From Candidatus Magasanikiibacteriota bacterium (GTDB lineage Bacteria; Patescibacteriota; Patescibacteriia; Magasanikbacterales; GWA2-37-8), in the NCBI GenBank assembly GCA_026396515.1, contig JAPLWQ010000005.1, forward strand, positions 8,011-72,010: DNA of 64,000 bases. The letters are read 5' to 3'. The notes beneath the pieces were generated by a model. The model was not told the origin of the DNA, searched no databases, and worked only from the letters and a program-made list of their open reading frames with translations. The translations under genes were made by a program, and so were the position numbers. Positions 39,671 to 50,719 of this stretch are shown in pieces. How positions within the stretch are numbered: position 1 is the first letter of the stretch; the number at the start of each line of letters is the position of its first letter.

Positions 39671-40124
39671 CCGGTATCACAACTTTTTCATATGGGAAGT
39701 GCGCCTTGCCGTGATTCTTTTCTTTTATATAATCGTAGATTTTTGAAGCTATGGCGAATACGATACTGCCGATAATCACTCCCAAAACAAATTTATCCAT
39801 ACCCCAAAGTTTATTATACGGATGGCCTGTAATTCCCATATAATATAATGGAACAAAGGTTAAGCCATACCAGAAAATTGCAACCAGTATTTTTCGTCCG
39901 TAAAATTTTATATTTTTCTTGTTTAGCCAGTTGATGGTCCAAAAAGTGACAGAAGCGACTAATGCACCCGCCCATAGTCCGGTGATGGTATCGTCAATGC
40001 CAAGCCAGCGAGAAAGCCCCAGCCCACCTGCTACAGCGACTGTGCAGACAGGACAGACGGCTTTGGCCGGCAATGCCCAGAGCAGGGCGCCGGCGGAGAT
40101 TAGTAGAGGGGCTATTCTTTTCAT
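39621..40124 (-). CDS. Polytopic membrane protein with a single CxxC (CPVC) motif. It is the putative membrane redox partner of the adjacent thioredoxin-like protein
   Basis: 167 aa with a signal or TM segment, CPVCTVAVAGG and about four TM helices. It overlaps the upstream gene by 4 nt. Confidence 0.4.
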   Translation of the reverse strand: MKRIAPLLISAGALLWALPAKAVCPVCTVAVAGGLGLSRWLGIDDTITGLWAGALVASVTFWTINWLNKKNIKFYGRKILVAIFWYGLTFVPLYYMGITGHPYNKLWGMDKFVLGVIIGSIVFAIASKIYDYIKEKNHGKAHFPYEKVVIPVVALAVLSAIFYFITR

Positions 40125-40513
40125 AATCGGCTTTGAAAATAATTAATAATATCCGTGTCTCCACTATAGCACGTTCCTTTGTCGTAAAGCATGGGAACGC
40201 CTACGTTAGCCAGATCAAGCCCGCAAAGGGCGGCACGGGTCATTAGTTCATTCTGATTTTTTATATTTGAAGTCACTTCTTTATGTTCAATTTTAATTTT
40301 TTCCTCAACCTTGTTTTCAAACAGATATGTTTCCACATTTTTACAGTGCGGGCATTCCTCACGATAGTAAAGCGACAGGGTGCTTGAAGTATCAACAAAA
40401 CCATCCCCCGTGTTTTGCCTGGTATCTCTGGTGATAAGCCAAACCAAAATCAGCGCTACCAGCGTTACGGCAAGGATTAGTAATACATTTTGAGAAGTAG
40501 TAGGTTTTTTCAT
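40121..40513 (-). CDS. Membrane-anchored thioredoxin/glutaredoxin-fold protein (CPHC active site)
   Basis: 130 aa with an N-terminal TM helix and the sequence YYREECPHCKNVETYLFENKVEEKIKI. Confidence 0.6.
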   Translation of the reverse strand: MKKPTTSQNVLLILAVTLVALILVWLITRDTRQNTGDGFVDTSSTLSLYYREECPHCKNVETYLFENKVEEKIKIEHKEVTSNIKNQNELMTRAALCGLDLANVGVPMLYDKGTCYSGDTDIINYFQSRL

Positions 40514-40571
40514 GTTTTAAAGCTAAATACGGGAATATTTTAACATATATACCCCGTTTTGTATAGAGGAT

Positions 40572-40600
40572 AAAAAACCTCAGCCCGAGGCTGAGGTCTT
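40572..40600 (-). terminator. Orphan minus-strand intrinsic terminator in a 330-bp intergenic region, possibly the 3' end of a small RNA
   Basis: On the minus strand, gacctcagcctcgggctgaggtttttt. No minus-strand CDS lies upstream of it. Confidence 0.4.
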
Positions 40601-40852
40601 AATTATGCGGCTAGTTTCTTGTTGAGAGTTCTACGGCATGTAGTGCAGGCCTTCACCTTAGATCCGGACATTTTCACTATTTGCAGGTTTGGTTTTTGAT
40701 GTCGCGGGATTTTGATGTTGGAATGTGATACATGGTTGGCCCTGGCCGCTGTTTTTCCGCAGAGATTGCAGGTTCGGCTCATATTGAATTGATAGCTAAA
40801 GTAAGTTATAATGTAAGCATTGTAGTCGTTTTTTGTTTAATTGTCAAGGGTT

Positions 40853-41458
40853 ATGAATCCACTTCAACTTGTCTTCTATTTTCTTATAATTGTACCATCG
40901 GCCATTATCCACGAATATGCCCATGGTTGGATGGCCGACCGGCTGGGAGACCCGACCGCCCGATATGCCGGCCGGCTTACTTTGAACCCCGTAGCGCATA
41001 TTGATATTTGGGGCACCATACTAATGCCGCTGATGTTGTTTGCGTTATCCAACGGCAGTTTTTTGTTCGCCTATGCCAAACCGGTGCCTTACAATCCGTA
41101 TAATTTAAAAAACCATAAATGGGGGCCAGCAATGGTGGCTATTGCCGGTCCGATGGCAAACCTGCTATTAGCCGTTGCTTTTGCGGCAGTGATTCGTATT
41201 TTTCCAACCGCGCCGGCAGTGGATTTTTTCTATATTATCGCCTACGCCAATGTTTTGCTTTTGGTATTCAATCTGGTGCCGATTCCTCCGCTCGACGGCT
41301 CTAAAATTTTGTACGCAATTCTGCCGGATTCGGCGCGCGGAGTACGCGATTTTTTAGAGCGTTACAGTTTTTTTCTTCTCATGATTTTCGTATTCTTTTT
41401 GTTTGAACTGATTGTGCCGGTGATTCAGTGGATAATGCAATTATTAATTGGTATTTAA
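40853..41458 (+). CDS. M50-family (site-2 protease-like) zinc metalloprotease
   Basis: The HExxH motif occurs in a TM helix (IIHEYAHGWMADRLGD), and a second motif (LVPIPPLDGSKIL) is present. The track start 40841 is a TTG; the ATG at 40853 is the likely start. Confidence 0.7.
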   Translation: MNPLQLVFYFLIIVPSAIIHEYAHGWMADRLGDPTARYAGRLTLNPVAHIDIWGTILMPLMLFALSNGSFLFAYAKPVPYNPYNLKNHKWGPAMVAIAGPMANLLLAVAFAAVIRIFPTAPAVDFFYIIAYANVLLLVFNLVPIPPLDGSKILYAILPDSARGVRDFLERYSFFLLMIFVFFLFELIVPVIQWIMQLLIGI

Positions 41459-41476
41459 TTATTTAACGGGGTAAAT

Positions 41477-41824
41477 ATGAAACTCATTCTTCGCTGGTTA
41501 ATCAGCGCCGCGGCGCTGATGCTCATCGCCATGTACGTGCCGGGTATCGGCATGGCAAGTTTTTACAGCGCACTTATTGCAGCTTTGATTTTCGGATTAA
41601 TTAACGCGCTCATCCGGCCATTGGCGTTATTGTTAACATTGCCGGTCAATATTTTGACGCTCGGACTGTTCACATTGATAATCAACGCGGCCATGTTTTG
41701 GCTCGCTTCTACCATTGTAAAGGGGTTTTATGTGGCGGGTTTTTGGCCGGCATTTTGGGGCGCACTGATTATGTGGCTGGTTGCCTGGCTTACCAATATG
41801 ATGTTGAAGAATAAGGCGTATTAA
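41477..41824 (+). CDS. Phage-holin-family 4-TM membrane protein (DUF360 / Phage_holin_4_2-like)
   Basis: 115 aa containing ALIFGLINALIRPLALLLTLPVNILTLGLFTLIINAAMFWLAS. Confidence 0.6.
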   Translation: MKLILRWLISAAALMLIAMYVPGIGMASFYSALIAALIFGLINALIRPLALLLTLPVNILTLGLFTLIINAAMFWLASTIVKGFYVAGFWPAFWGALIMWLVAWLTNMMLKNKAY

Positions 41825-41831
41825 GATGAAT

Positions 41832-42139
41832 CCTGTAGAGAAATTTTGAATCGTTATGTTCTACAATTATGTGTTGCAGAGTAAAAAGAATGGTAGTTTG
41901 TATATCGGATTTACGAAGGACTTACGTAAACGACTTGTAGAACACAACGAAGGATTAAATTTTTCTACAAAACGCTATCGTCCGTGGCAACTTATATATT
42001 TTGAAGCATGTGTTGAACAATCAGACGCAGTGAGAAGAGAGGGGTATCTCAAAACAACCCAAGGCGGCAGATTGCTTAAGCGCAGGTTAAAAGATTATAT
42101 TTATAAACAGAAAAATTTAATTCAAAATTCTTCTACAGG
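41832..42139 (+). mobile_element. Inverted-repeat-bounded unit carrying a GIY-YIG nuclease gene
   Basis: IR-L cctgtagagaaattttgaa (41832-41850) matches the reverse complement of IR-R ttcaaaattcttctacagg (42121-42139) at 17 of 19 positions. The unit encloses only the GIY-YIG ORF. An empty copy lies at 16300-16402. Confidence 0.6.
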
Positions 42140-42143
42140 ATGA
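41856..42143 (+). CDS. GIY-YIG nuclease-domain protein (YhbQ/COG2827-like), paralogous to 26172..26414
   Basis: 95 aa, reading YNYVLQSKKNGSLYIGFTKDLRKRLVEHNEG...RRE. Its C-terminus and stop lie inside IR-R. Confidence 0.75.
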   Translation: MFYNYVLQSKKNGSLYIGFTKDLRKRLVEHNEGLNFSTKRYRPWQLIYFEACVEQSDAVRREGYLKTTQGGRLLKRRLKDYIYKQKNLIQNSSTG

Positions 42144-42281
42144 AGAACTATTCATCCAACAGAGCGCAAAAGGGAAAGACGGCTTACCGCACGCCGAGCT
42201 TGTTTAAGGCAAATAAAAGTATTAATTATGCGGATATAAAAAGCCGGGTTAAGAGCGACCGTTGGACTAAAAAGAATAATA

Positions 42282-42977
42282 ATGATTATGCCAAATAAAA
42301 TTATTGTACTTTCGCTTGGCGGATCTCTTATTATTCCTAAAACCGGATTTGATTTGAAGTTCCTCAAGGGTTTCAAACAGATGATTTCGGTTTTCATTAA
42401 AAAAGGAATGAGGTTTGTGATTGTCTGCGGCGGGGGAGCGACTTGTCGGCAGTATCAGGCAGCGGCCAAAGGCGTGGGCAAGATGACGGCAAAGGACTTG
42501 GATTTAATCGGCATTAAGACCACTCGATTCAACGCCTTTTTTATTAAAACAATTTTTGGCAAACTGGCGCATCCCGAACTGACCAAAGCGCCGGAACAGA
42601 AATACAATTGGAAAGAAAAAATATTGGTCGGTGCTGGTTGGGACCCGGGCTGGTCGAGTGATTATGATGCAGTGGCCTTGGCCAAAACCTACGGGGCGAA
42701 AACGGTGATAAATCTTTCCAATATTGAATACGTTTATGACAGTGACCCGCGGAAACATCCCAAAGCGAAAAAGCTGGTGAATATTTCCTGGAAAGATTTC
42801 AGAAAAATTGTGGGTAATAAATGGGTGCCGGGCGCCAATTTGCCGTTTGATCCGATTGCGAGCCGACTTGCCGATAAAAATAACATAAAAGTGATTGTGA
42901 TGAATGGGGCGAACTTGCCGGAAGTGAAGAAGGCGATTGAGGGGAAGAAATTCAGGGGGACAACAATAGGGGGTTGA
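42282..42977 (+). CDS. pyrH: UMP kinase (archaeal-type PyrH, amino-acid-kinase fold)
   Basis: 231 aa with IIVLSLGGSLI and VIVCGGGATCRQY...DLIGIKTTRFNA. Confidence 0.65.
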   Translation: MIMPNKIIVLSLGGSLIIPKTGFDLKFLKGFKQMISVFIKKGMRFVIVCGGGATCRQYQAAAKGVGKMTAKDLDLIGIKTTRFNAFFIKTIFGKLAHPELTKAPEQKYNWKEKILVGAGWDPGWSSDYDAVALAKTYGAKTVINLSNIEYVYDSDPRKHPKAKKLVNISWKDFRKIVGNKWVPGANLPFDPIASRLADKNNIKVIVMNGANLPEVKKAIEGKKFRGTTIGG

Positions 42978-43161
42978 CACCGGTTCCGGTATTTGATATT
43001 ATCTAGCAAGCCATAGACAGCAGGCGCCCTTACGGGCTTAATCTCCTGCCGAGGCAATCTTACCCGCAAAAATGCGGTTTTCAGGTCGAAGATTGTTAAA
43101 TGTCTGTGGTTTAAAGCCACAGTTTTATTTTTTAAATAAATTGCGGCTGTAAACCATTATT
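42974..43161 (+). promoter_or_regulatory. rplJ promoter (TTGACA-18-TATTAT) and L10 leader region
   Basis: TTGACA at 42974-42979 overlaps the pyrH stop codon. TATTAT lies at 42998-43003. The ~150-nt leader carries a hairpin (ctgtggtttaaagccacag) and is known to be bound autogenously by L10(L12)n. Confidence 0.55.
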
Positions 43162-43683
43162 ATGCCAAAATCAAGACAGCAAAAAGAAGCAACATTATCG
43201 TCTTTGGGTGACGGCTTGAAAGCCGCGAAAGCGTCTGTTTTCGCCAACTTTCAGGGTTTAACCGTGGCCGAAGCCGATGAATTGCGCAACCTTTGCCGCA
43301 AAGAAGGCATCAAAGTATTGGTTGCCAAAAAAACACTGGTCCGGAAGGCCTTTGACGAACTCGGTTTTCAAATCGATCCCAAGGCGTATCAGGGCGGTGT
43401 GGCAACTTTCTTTGGTACAACCGACGAAGTGGCACCGGCGAGAATTGTGAACGACTTTGCCAAAAAGCATGAAGTCGTGGCGATCTTCGGCGGAACTTTG
43501 GACGGTAAATATATTGACGCGATGTTTGTGAAAAATCTGGCCTCTCTGCCGAGCAAGCAACAACTGCTCGCTCAATTGGTCGGCACGCTCAACGCTCCGG
43601 TTTCCGGATTTGTCAATGTACTGGCCGGCAATTTGCGCGGGTTGGTATCAGTTCTAAATAACATTAAAGAAGCGAAAGCTTAA
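43162..43683 (+). CDS. rplJ: 50S ribosomal protein L10
   Basis: 173 aa. It lies upstream of rplL. Confidence 0.9.
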   Translation: MPKSRQQKEATLSSLGDGLKAAKASVFANFQGLTVAEADELRNLCRKEGIKVLVAKKTLVRKAFDELGFQIDPKAYQGGVATFFGTTDEVAPARIVNDFAKKHEVVAIFGGTLDGKYIDAMFVKNLASLPSKQQLLAQLVGTLNAPVSGFVNVLAGNLRGLVSVLNNIKEAKA

Positions 43684-43694
43684 TCTATAATTTT

Positions 43695-44096
43695 ATGTCA
43701 GAAGAAAAAAAGGAAGTAATCGTGCCCGAGAAATTTAAAAAGCTCGTGGAAGAGGTAGAAAAAATGTCCGTCCTTGACCTTTCCGAATTGGTGAAGGTTT
43801 TGGAAGATAAATTCGGCGTTTCCGCCGCCGCTCCGGCCATGATGATGGCCGCCGCTCCGGCCGCTGCCGCTGCCGTTGAAGAAAAATCAGAATTCAATGT
43901 GGAACTGGCTGATTTCGGTGCCAACAAGATCAATGTGATCAAGGCGGTGAAAGAAATCACCGGTTTGGGTCTGGCCGAAGCAAAAGCTTTGGTTGATGCC
44001 GCTCCGAAGATGATAAAAGAAGGCGTGAAGAAAGACGAAGCCGAGACAATGAAAAAGAAAATTGAAGAAGCCGGTGGTAAGGTGAATTTGAAATAA
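43695..44096 (+). CDS. rplL: 50S ribosomal protein L7/L12
   Basis: An Ala/Pro-rich hinge is followed by the C-terminal domain [39 protein letters not shown]. Confidence 0.95.
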   Translation: MSEEKKEVIVPEKFKKLVEEVEKMSVLDLSELVKVLEDKFGVSAAAPAMMMAAAPAAAAAVEEKSEFNVELADFGANKINVIKAVKEITGLGLAEAKALVDAAPKMIKEGVKKDEAETMKKKIEEAGGKVNLK

Positions 44097-44101
44097 CAAG
44101 T

Positions 44102-44138
44102 TTACCTCACCCCAGCCCTCTCCTTGGTAAGGAGAGGG
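44102..44138. terminator. Terminator hairpin plus ttacctcacccc box. It is copy B of the repeated terminator element, in reverse orientation to copy A
   Basis: A ccctctcc-ttggtaa-ggagaggg hairpin. A second hairpin at 44145-44170 terminates cysS. The element is the reverse complement of 34372-34410. Confidence 0.55.
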
Positions 44139-44161
44139 AGAATAAAAAACTGGCCTCTCGG

Positions 44162-45550
44162 TCAGTTTTTTGTTATCTTTGTTCCTTTTGGCGTGTCCAT
44201 TACCGTATAGCCGAGCTTGATAAGTTCGTCGCGCAACTCATCGCTTTTTTTCCAATTTTTTGCCGCGCGGGCGGTATCGCGTTCATCAATGAGCGCTCGT
44301 GCTGATATTGGTATGGATTGAACCGGTTTGTCCATGTTCTCCTTGATTTTTAACCCCAATACTTTATCAAATTCAAACAGTATTTTTTGACTTATTTTCT
44401 TTTCCTTTACCGCCTCCCAAACAATCGCCAAAGCAGCCGGCGTATCCATATCATCACTTATCGCTTTGAGAAATTTTTCCTTAATTTTTTCCTCAATTTC
44501 AACGCTGTGCATCGATAACGAAGATTTTTTATCCAATGAGGCGGCGGCTAAGCACAAATGATCCAATCCATTTTGTGCCGCTTCCAGCGCCATCCAGCTG
44601 AAGGTGAGTTGTTTGCGATAGTGCGTCTGCAGAATAAAAAAGCGGTAGGCGAGGGGAGAAATATTTTTTTCTTTTAGCGTGTCCAAGGTTATAAAGTTGC
44701 CGGCTGATTTCGCCATCTTTTCTTCCCCCATGTTCAAAAATTCATTATGCACCCAGTAGCGCGCCGGTACCACCCCTTCAGCCGCTTCGGTTTGAGCGAT
44801 TTCATTGGTGTGATGCACCGGAATGTGATCAATGCCGCCGCAGTGGATATCAAAAGGCAGGCCAAGATATTTTGCGGACATGGCCGAGCATTCAATGTGC
44901 CAGCCCGGAAAGCCAACGCCCCATGGACTGTTCCATTCCATTTGTCGTTTTTTCAGTTTTGGCGAGAATTTCCAAAGCGCAAAATCGGCATTATGTCTTT
45001 TACCTCCGATTGCTACGCGGATGCCGGAGCGCAAATCCTGATTTTTCAGGCCGGCCAGTTCGCCATAATCCGGCAGTTTAGACGTGTCAAAATAAACCCC
45101 CTCGGCGTTGATGTAGGTGAAACCCTTTTTTTCCAGTTTTTTTATCAGTTTAATTTGTTCTTTAATGTGGCCGGTAGCGCGGCAGATGACGTCGGGCTTG
45201 TGGATGTTCAGCTCCGCCATGTTTTTCATAAAGGCCTTGGTGTAAAAATCGGCGATTTCCCATGCGCTTTTGTGTTCGCGGGCGGCGCCTTTTTCAATTT
45301 TATCTTCGCCTTCGTCCGCGTTGCTGGTTAAATGTCCGACATCGGTGATATTCATTACATGCTTCACTTTATAGCCGTTATATTCCAGGGTGCGGTGTAA
45401 AATATCCCAAATAATATATGAGCGCAAATTGCCGATATGCGCGTAATCATAAACTGTCGGCCCGCAAGCGTAGAGGCCGACTTTTTTATCTTTGAGCGGT
45501 TTGAACGATTCCAGCCGCCGGGTGAGGGTGTTAAATAGTTGGAGAGGCAT
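44162..45550 (-). CDS. cysS: Cysteinyl-tRNA synthetase
   Basis: The HIGH-region motif ([15 protein letters not shown]) and the KMSKS motif (KMAKSAGNF) are both present. Confidence 0.95.
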   Translation of the reverse strand: MPLQLFNTLTRRLESFKPLKDKKVGLYACGPTVYDYAHIGNLRSYIIWDILHRTLEYNGYKVKHVMNITDVGHLTSNADEGEDKIEKGAAREHKSAWEIADFYTKAFMKNMAELNIHKPDVICRATGHIKEQIKLIKKLEKKGFTYINAEGVYFDTSKLPDYGELAGLKNQDLRSGIRVAIGGKRHNADFALWKFSPKLKKRQMEWNSPWGVGFPGWHIECSAMSAKYLGLPFDIHCGGIDHIPVHHTNEIAQTEAAEGVVPARYWVHNEFLNMGEEKMAKSAGNFITLDTLKEKNISPLAYRFFILQTHYRKQLTFSWMALEAAQNGLDHLCLAAASLDKKSSLSMHSVEIEEKIKEKFLKAISDDMDTPAALAIVWEAVKEKKISQKILFEFDKVLGLKIKENMDKPVQSIPISARALIDERDTARAAKNWKKSDELRDELIKLGYTVMDTPKGTKITKN

Positions 45551-45718
45551 AATGTTTATTGTATTTTATCGCATATTGACGCATCTTTCAATACAGATAT
45601 ACCCATGCATGGCATTTTTTGATATAATACGATAAAGATAACAAAACTGCGATCCGGGGTTAAAACCCTGAATATTTAAGGCAAATTTTTTCAATAATAA
45701 CTTATTACCCTTTATAAT

Positions 45719-46870
45719 ATGGGATTGTTTTCAAAACCAAAAGCATTTTTAGGCGTGGATTTGGGCGCCGGCGGCGTAAAAATAGTTGAATTGCGGCAAG
45801 AAAAAAACCGGCCGGTGCTTTTTACCTATGGGCTCACCTCCGTACCGCAGGACGTTCACAAATTGCTTGCCGAACAAAGAGTGGCGCCGGATCAAATTAG
45901 GCTTGAGCAAAAAGAAAATATTCGCCTGGAAAAAAAGGACACGCCGCCGGTTGATGCTTCTGACGAGCGGGTTAACCGCTACGCCGAAACTCTTAAAGCG
46001 GTGTGCAGAGCGGCAAAAACCATGTCGAAAACAGCGGTGGTCAGTTTGCCTGTGTCAGCCGTTTTTAATTCAATCGTCACCATGCCCAAGGTGGATCAGA
46101 AAGAATTTTTGGGTGTTTTAAAAGCCGAGGTTAAGAAACTTCTACCGTATTCAATCGATGAAATGGTACTGGATTATCAGATATTGGAAAATTTTTCGAC
46201 TGATAAGGTTAAAAAAATATTGGTCAACGCCGTGCCGAGAAAAATAGTTGATTTCTATTCACGGGTTTTCAAGCGCGCCGGACTGATTCTGGAATCGCTG
46301 GAACCGGAATCCGCTTCGCTTGAGAGGTCGCTTATCGGGCGCGACAAGGCGGTGACCATGCTTTTGGATATGGGCGCAGAACGCACAAACTTTTTTATAA
46401 TTGACCAGTCGATACCGATTACCAACCATACAATTGAGTCGGGCGGAAACAAAATTAATCGCCTGCTGGTGAATGCGCTTGGCGCGAGTGAAAACGAAAT
46501 TGCTGAAATAAAGCACGACTTGTTCAAGCGCTCTTTGAGCGGGTCGGTAAAGCTGGATAAAAAGGTATTTCTTGACTATATCATGCCGGTGATTGACCCG
46601 ATTGTGAAGCAAATTGAGTACAGTTTTGGCCTGTATCTTAACCAAACCGGAAATGAAAAAAAGCGGCCGGAAAAAATTGTTTTAACCGGCGGCGGTTCCA
46701 TGGTGCCGTATTTGGCCGAGCACTTGTCTGATACATTTAAGATCAAATGTTATCTTGGCGACCCGTGGGCGCGGGTGGTTTATCAGGATAAGCTCAAACC
46801 GCTTCTCAATGAAATTGGGCCAAGAATGTCAGTGGCTATCGGCCTGGCTCTGAAGAATTTATCACAATAA
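45719..46870 (+). CDS. pilM: Type IV pilus assembly ATPase-like protein PilM
   Basis: 383 aa with an FtsA/actin-like fold (FLGVDLGAGGVKIVEL). Confidence 0.8.
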   Translation: MGLFSKPKAFLGVDLGAGGVKIVELRQEKNRPVLFTYGLTSVPQDVHKLLAEQRVAPDQIRLEQKENIRLEKKDTPPVDASDERVNRYAETLKAVCRAAKTMSKTAVVSLPVSAVFNSIVTMPKVDQKEFLGVLKAEVKKLLPYSIDEMVLDYQILENFSTDKVKKILVNAVPRKIVDFYSRVFKRAGLILESLEPESASLERSLIGRDKAVTMLLDMGAERTNFFIIDQSIPITNHTIESGGNKINRLLVNALGASENEIAEIKHDLFKRSLSGSVKLDKKVFLDYIMPVIDPIVKQIEYSFGLYLNQTGNEKKRPEKIVLTGGGSMVPYLAEHLSDTFKIKCYLGDPWARVVYQDKLKPLLNEIGPRMSVAIGLALKNLSQ

Positions 46871-46879
46871 TTTCTGTTT

Positions 46880-47284
46880 ATGCTTAGGCAAAGAAAGCCG
46901 GACGGAAATCAGCCGAATATCCTTTTGGTGGAAAGTGATGCTTTTTTGGCTGATATCTATGAAAAGAATTTGTTGATGGAAGATTTCAAAGTGAGCAAAG
47001 CAACGAACGGGGAGAGGGCGATAAAAATGCTGGAGAGCAAGGGCGCGGATTTGGTATTGCTTGCAGTGGTTTTGCCGAAGATGAATGGTTTTGAAGTGCT
47101 TTCGGCGATAAGAAGTAATGTAAAAACAGCTACTATTCCTGTATTAATGCTTTCCAAACTGGGCACGGTTGATGATGTCAGAAAATCAAGAGAATTGGGC
47201 GCTACGGGGTATATTATCAAGACGCATTTCATGCCTTCAGAGATTGTGGAAAAGATAAAAAGGGTCTTGTATAATAAAAAATAG
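46880..47284 (+). CDS. Stand-alone CheY-like response regulator receiver protein
   Basis: 134 aa with ILLVESD...DLVLLAVVLPKMNG...ATGYIIK and no output domain. Confidence 0.75.
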   Translation: MLRQRKPDGNQPNILLVESDAFLADIYEKNLLMEDFKVSKATNGERAIKMLESKGADLVLLAVVLPKMNGFEVLSAIRSNVKTATIPVLMLSKLGTVDDVRKSRELGATGYIIKTHFMPSEIVEKIKRVLYNKK

Positions 47285-47336
47285 ATATGTGGTATAATAT
47301 GCGCAATGAAAAATACAACCGAAAGGGGGTGAATTT

Positions 47337-47768
47337 ATGAACAAAAAAGGTTTTACTTTGATCGAACTCTTGGTCGTAATCGCCATCATCGGTTTGTTGT
47401 CCACATTGGCGGTCGTCGCGTTGGGCTCTGCTCGGCAGAAAGCTCGCGACTCCAAGCGTCTATCAGATCTTAAACAGACCCAAACAGCTTTGGAACTGTT
47501 TTTCACCGACAATAACACTTACCCGGTCCAAACTGTGACGCTCGGTGATGTTGCAGCTGCTAAATGTCTCGGATCCAGCGGATTCGCAGCTACTTGTGCA
47601 AGTGGCACCATCTATATGGGCTTAGTACCGTCAGAACCGCAGCCAGGAACAGCGGGGTATTCGTATATTGGCGCTTCCACCTCTTACGCTATTAGTGCGA
47701 CATTGGAGGGCAAGATCAATGATTTAGGTCCGGGAGCAATCACCGCTTCGCAAAATGGTATTCAATAA
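47337..47768 (+). CDS. Type IV pilin (prepilin with class III signal)
   Basis: The N-terminus reads MNKKGFTLIELLVVIAIIGLL. The extended -10 tggtataat at 47293 and an RBS (aaagggggtg) lie upstream. Confidence 0.9.
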   Translation: MNKKGFTLIELLVVIAIIGLLSTLAVVALGSARQKARDSKRLSDLKQTQTALELFFTDNNTYPVQTVTLGDVAAAKCLGSSGFAATCASGTIYMGLVPSEPQPGTAGYSYIGASTSYAISATLEGKINDLGPGAITASQNGIQ

Positions 47769-47874
47769 TCAGCTGATTATACATAAAGCAGACCTGAAAA
47801 ATTGGGTCTGTTTTTGTTTTATTACCCTTTCTTTATCGCATAATCGTGATATAATATATTGGCAAAAATGAGTT

Positions 47875-50704
<2,830 letters not shown>

Positions 50705-50719
50705 TATAATAAGGAGGAT

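Noticed and set aside
40732-41004. 90-aa ORF upstream of and overlapping the M50 protease start
   Set aside because: It has no RBS or start context and its composition is typical of intergenic read-through. The protease ORF in another frame has clear HExxH motifs.
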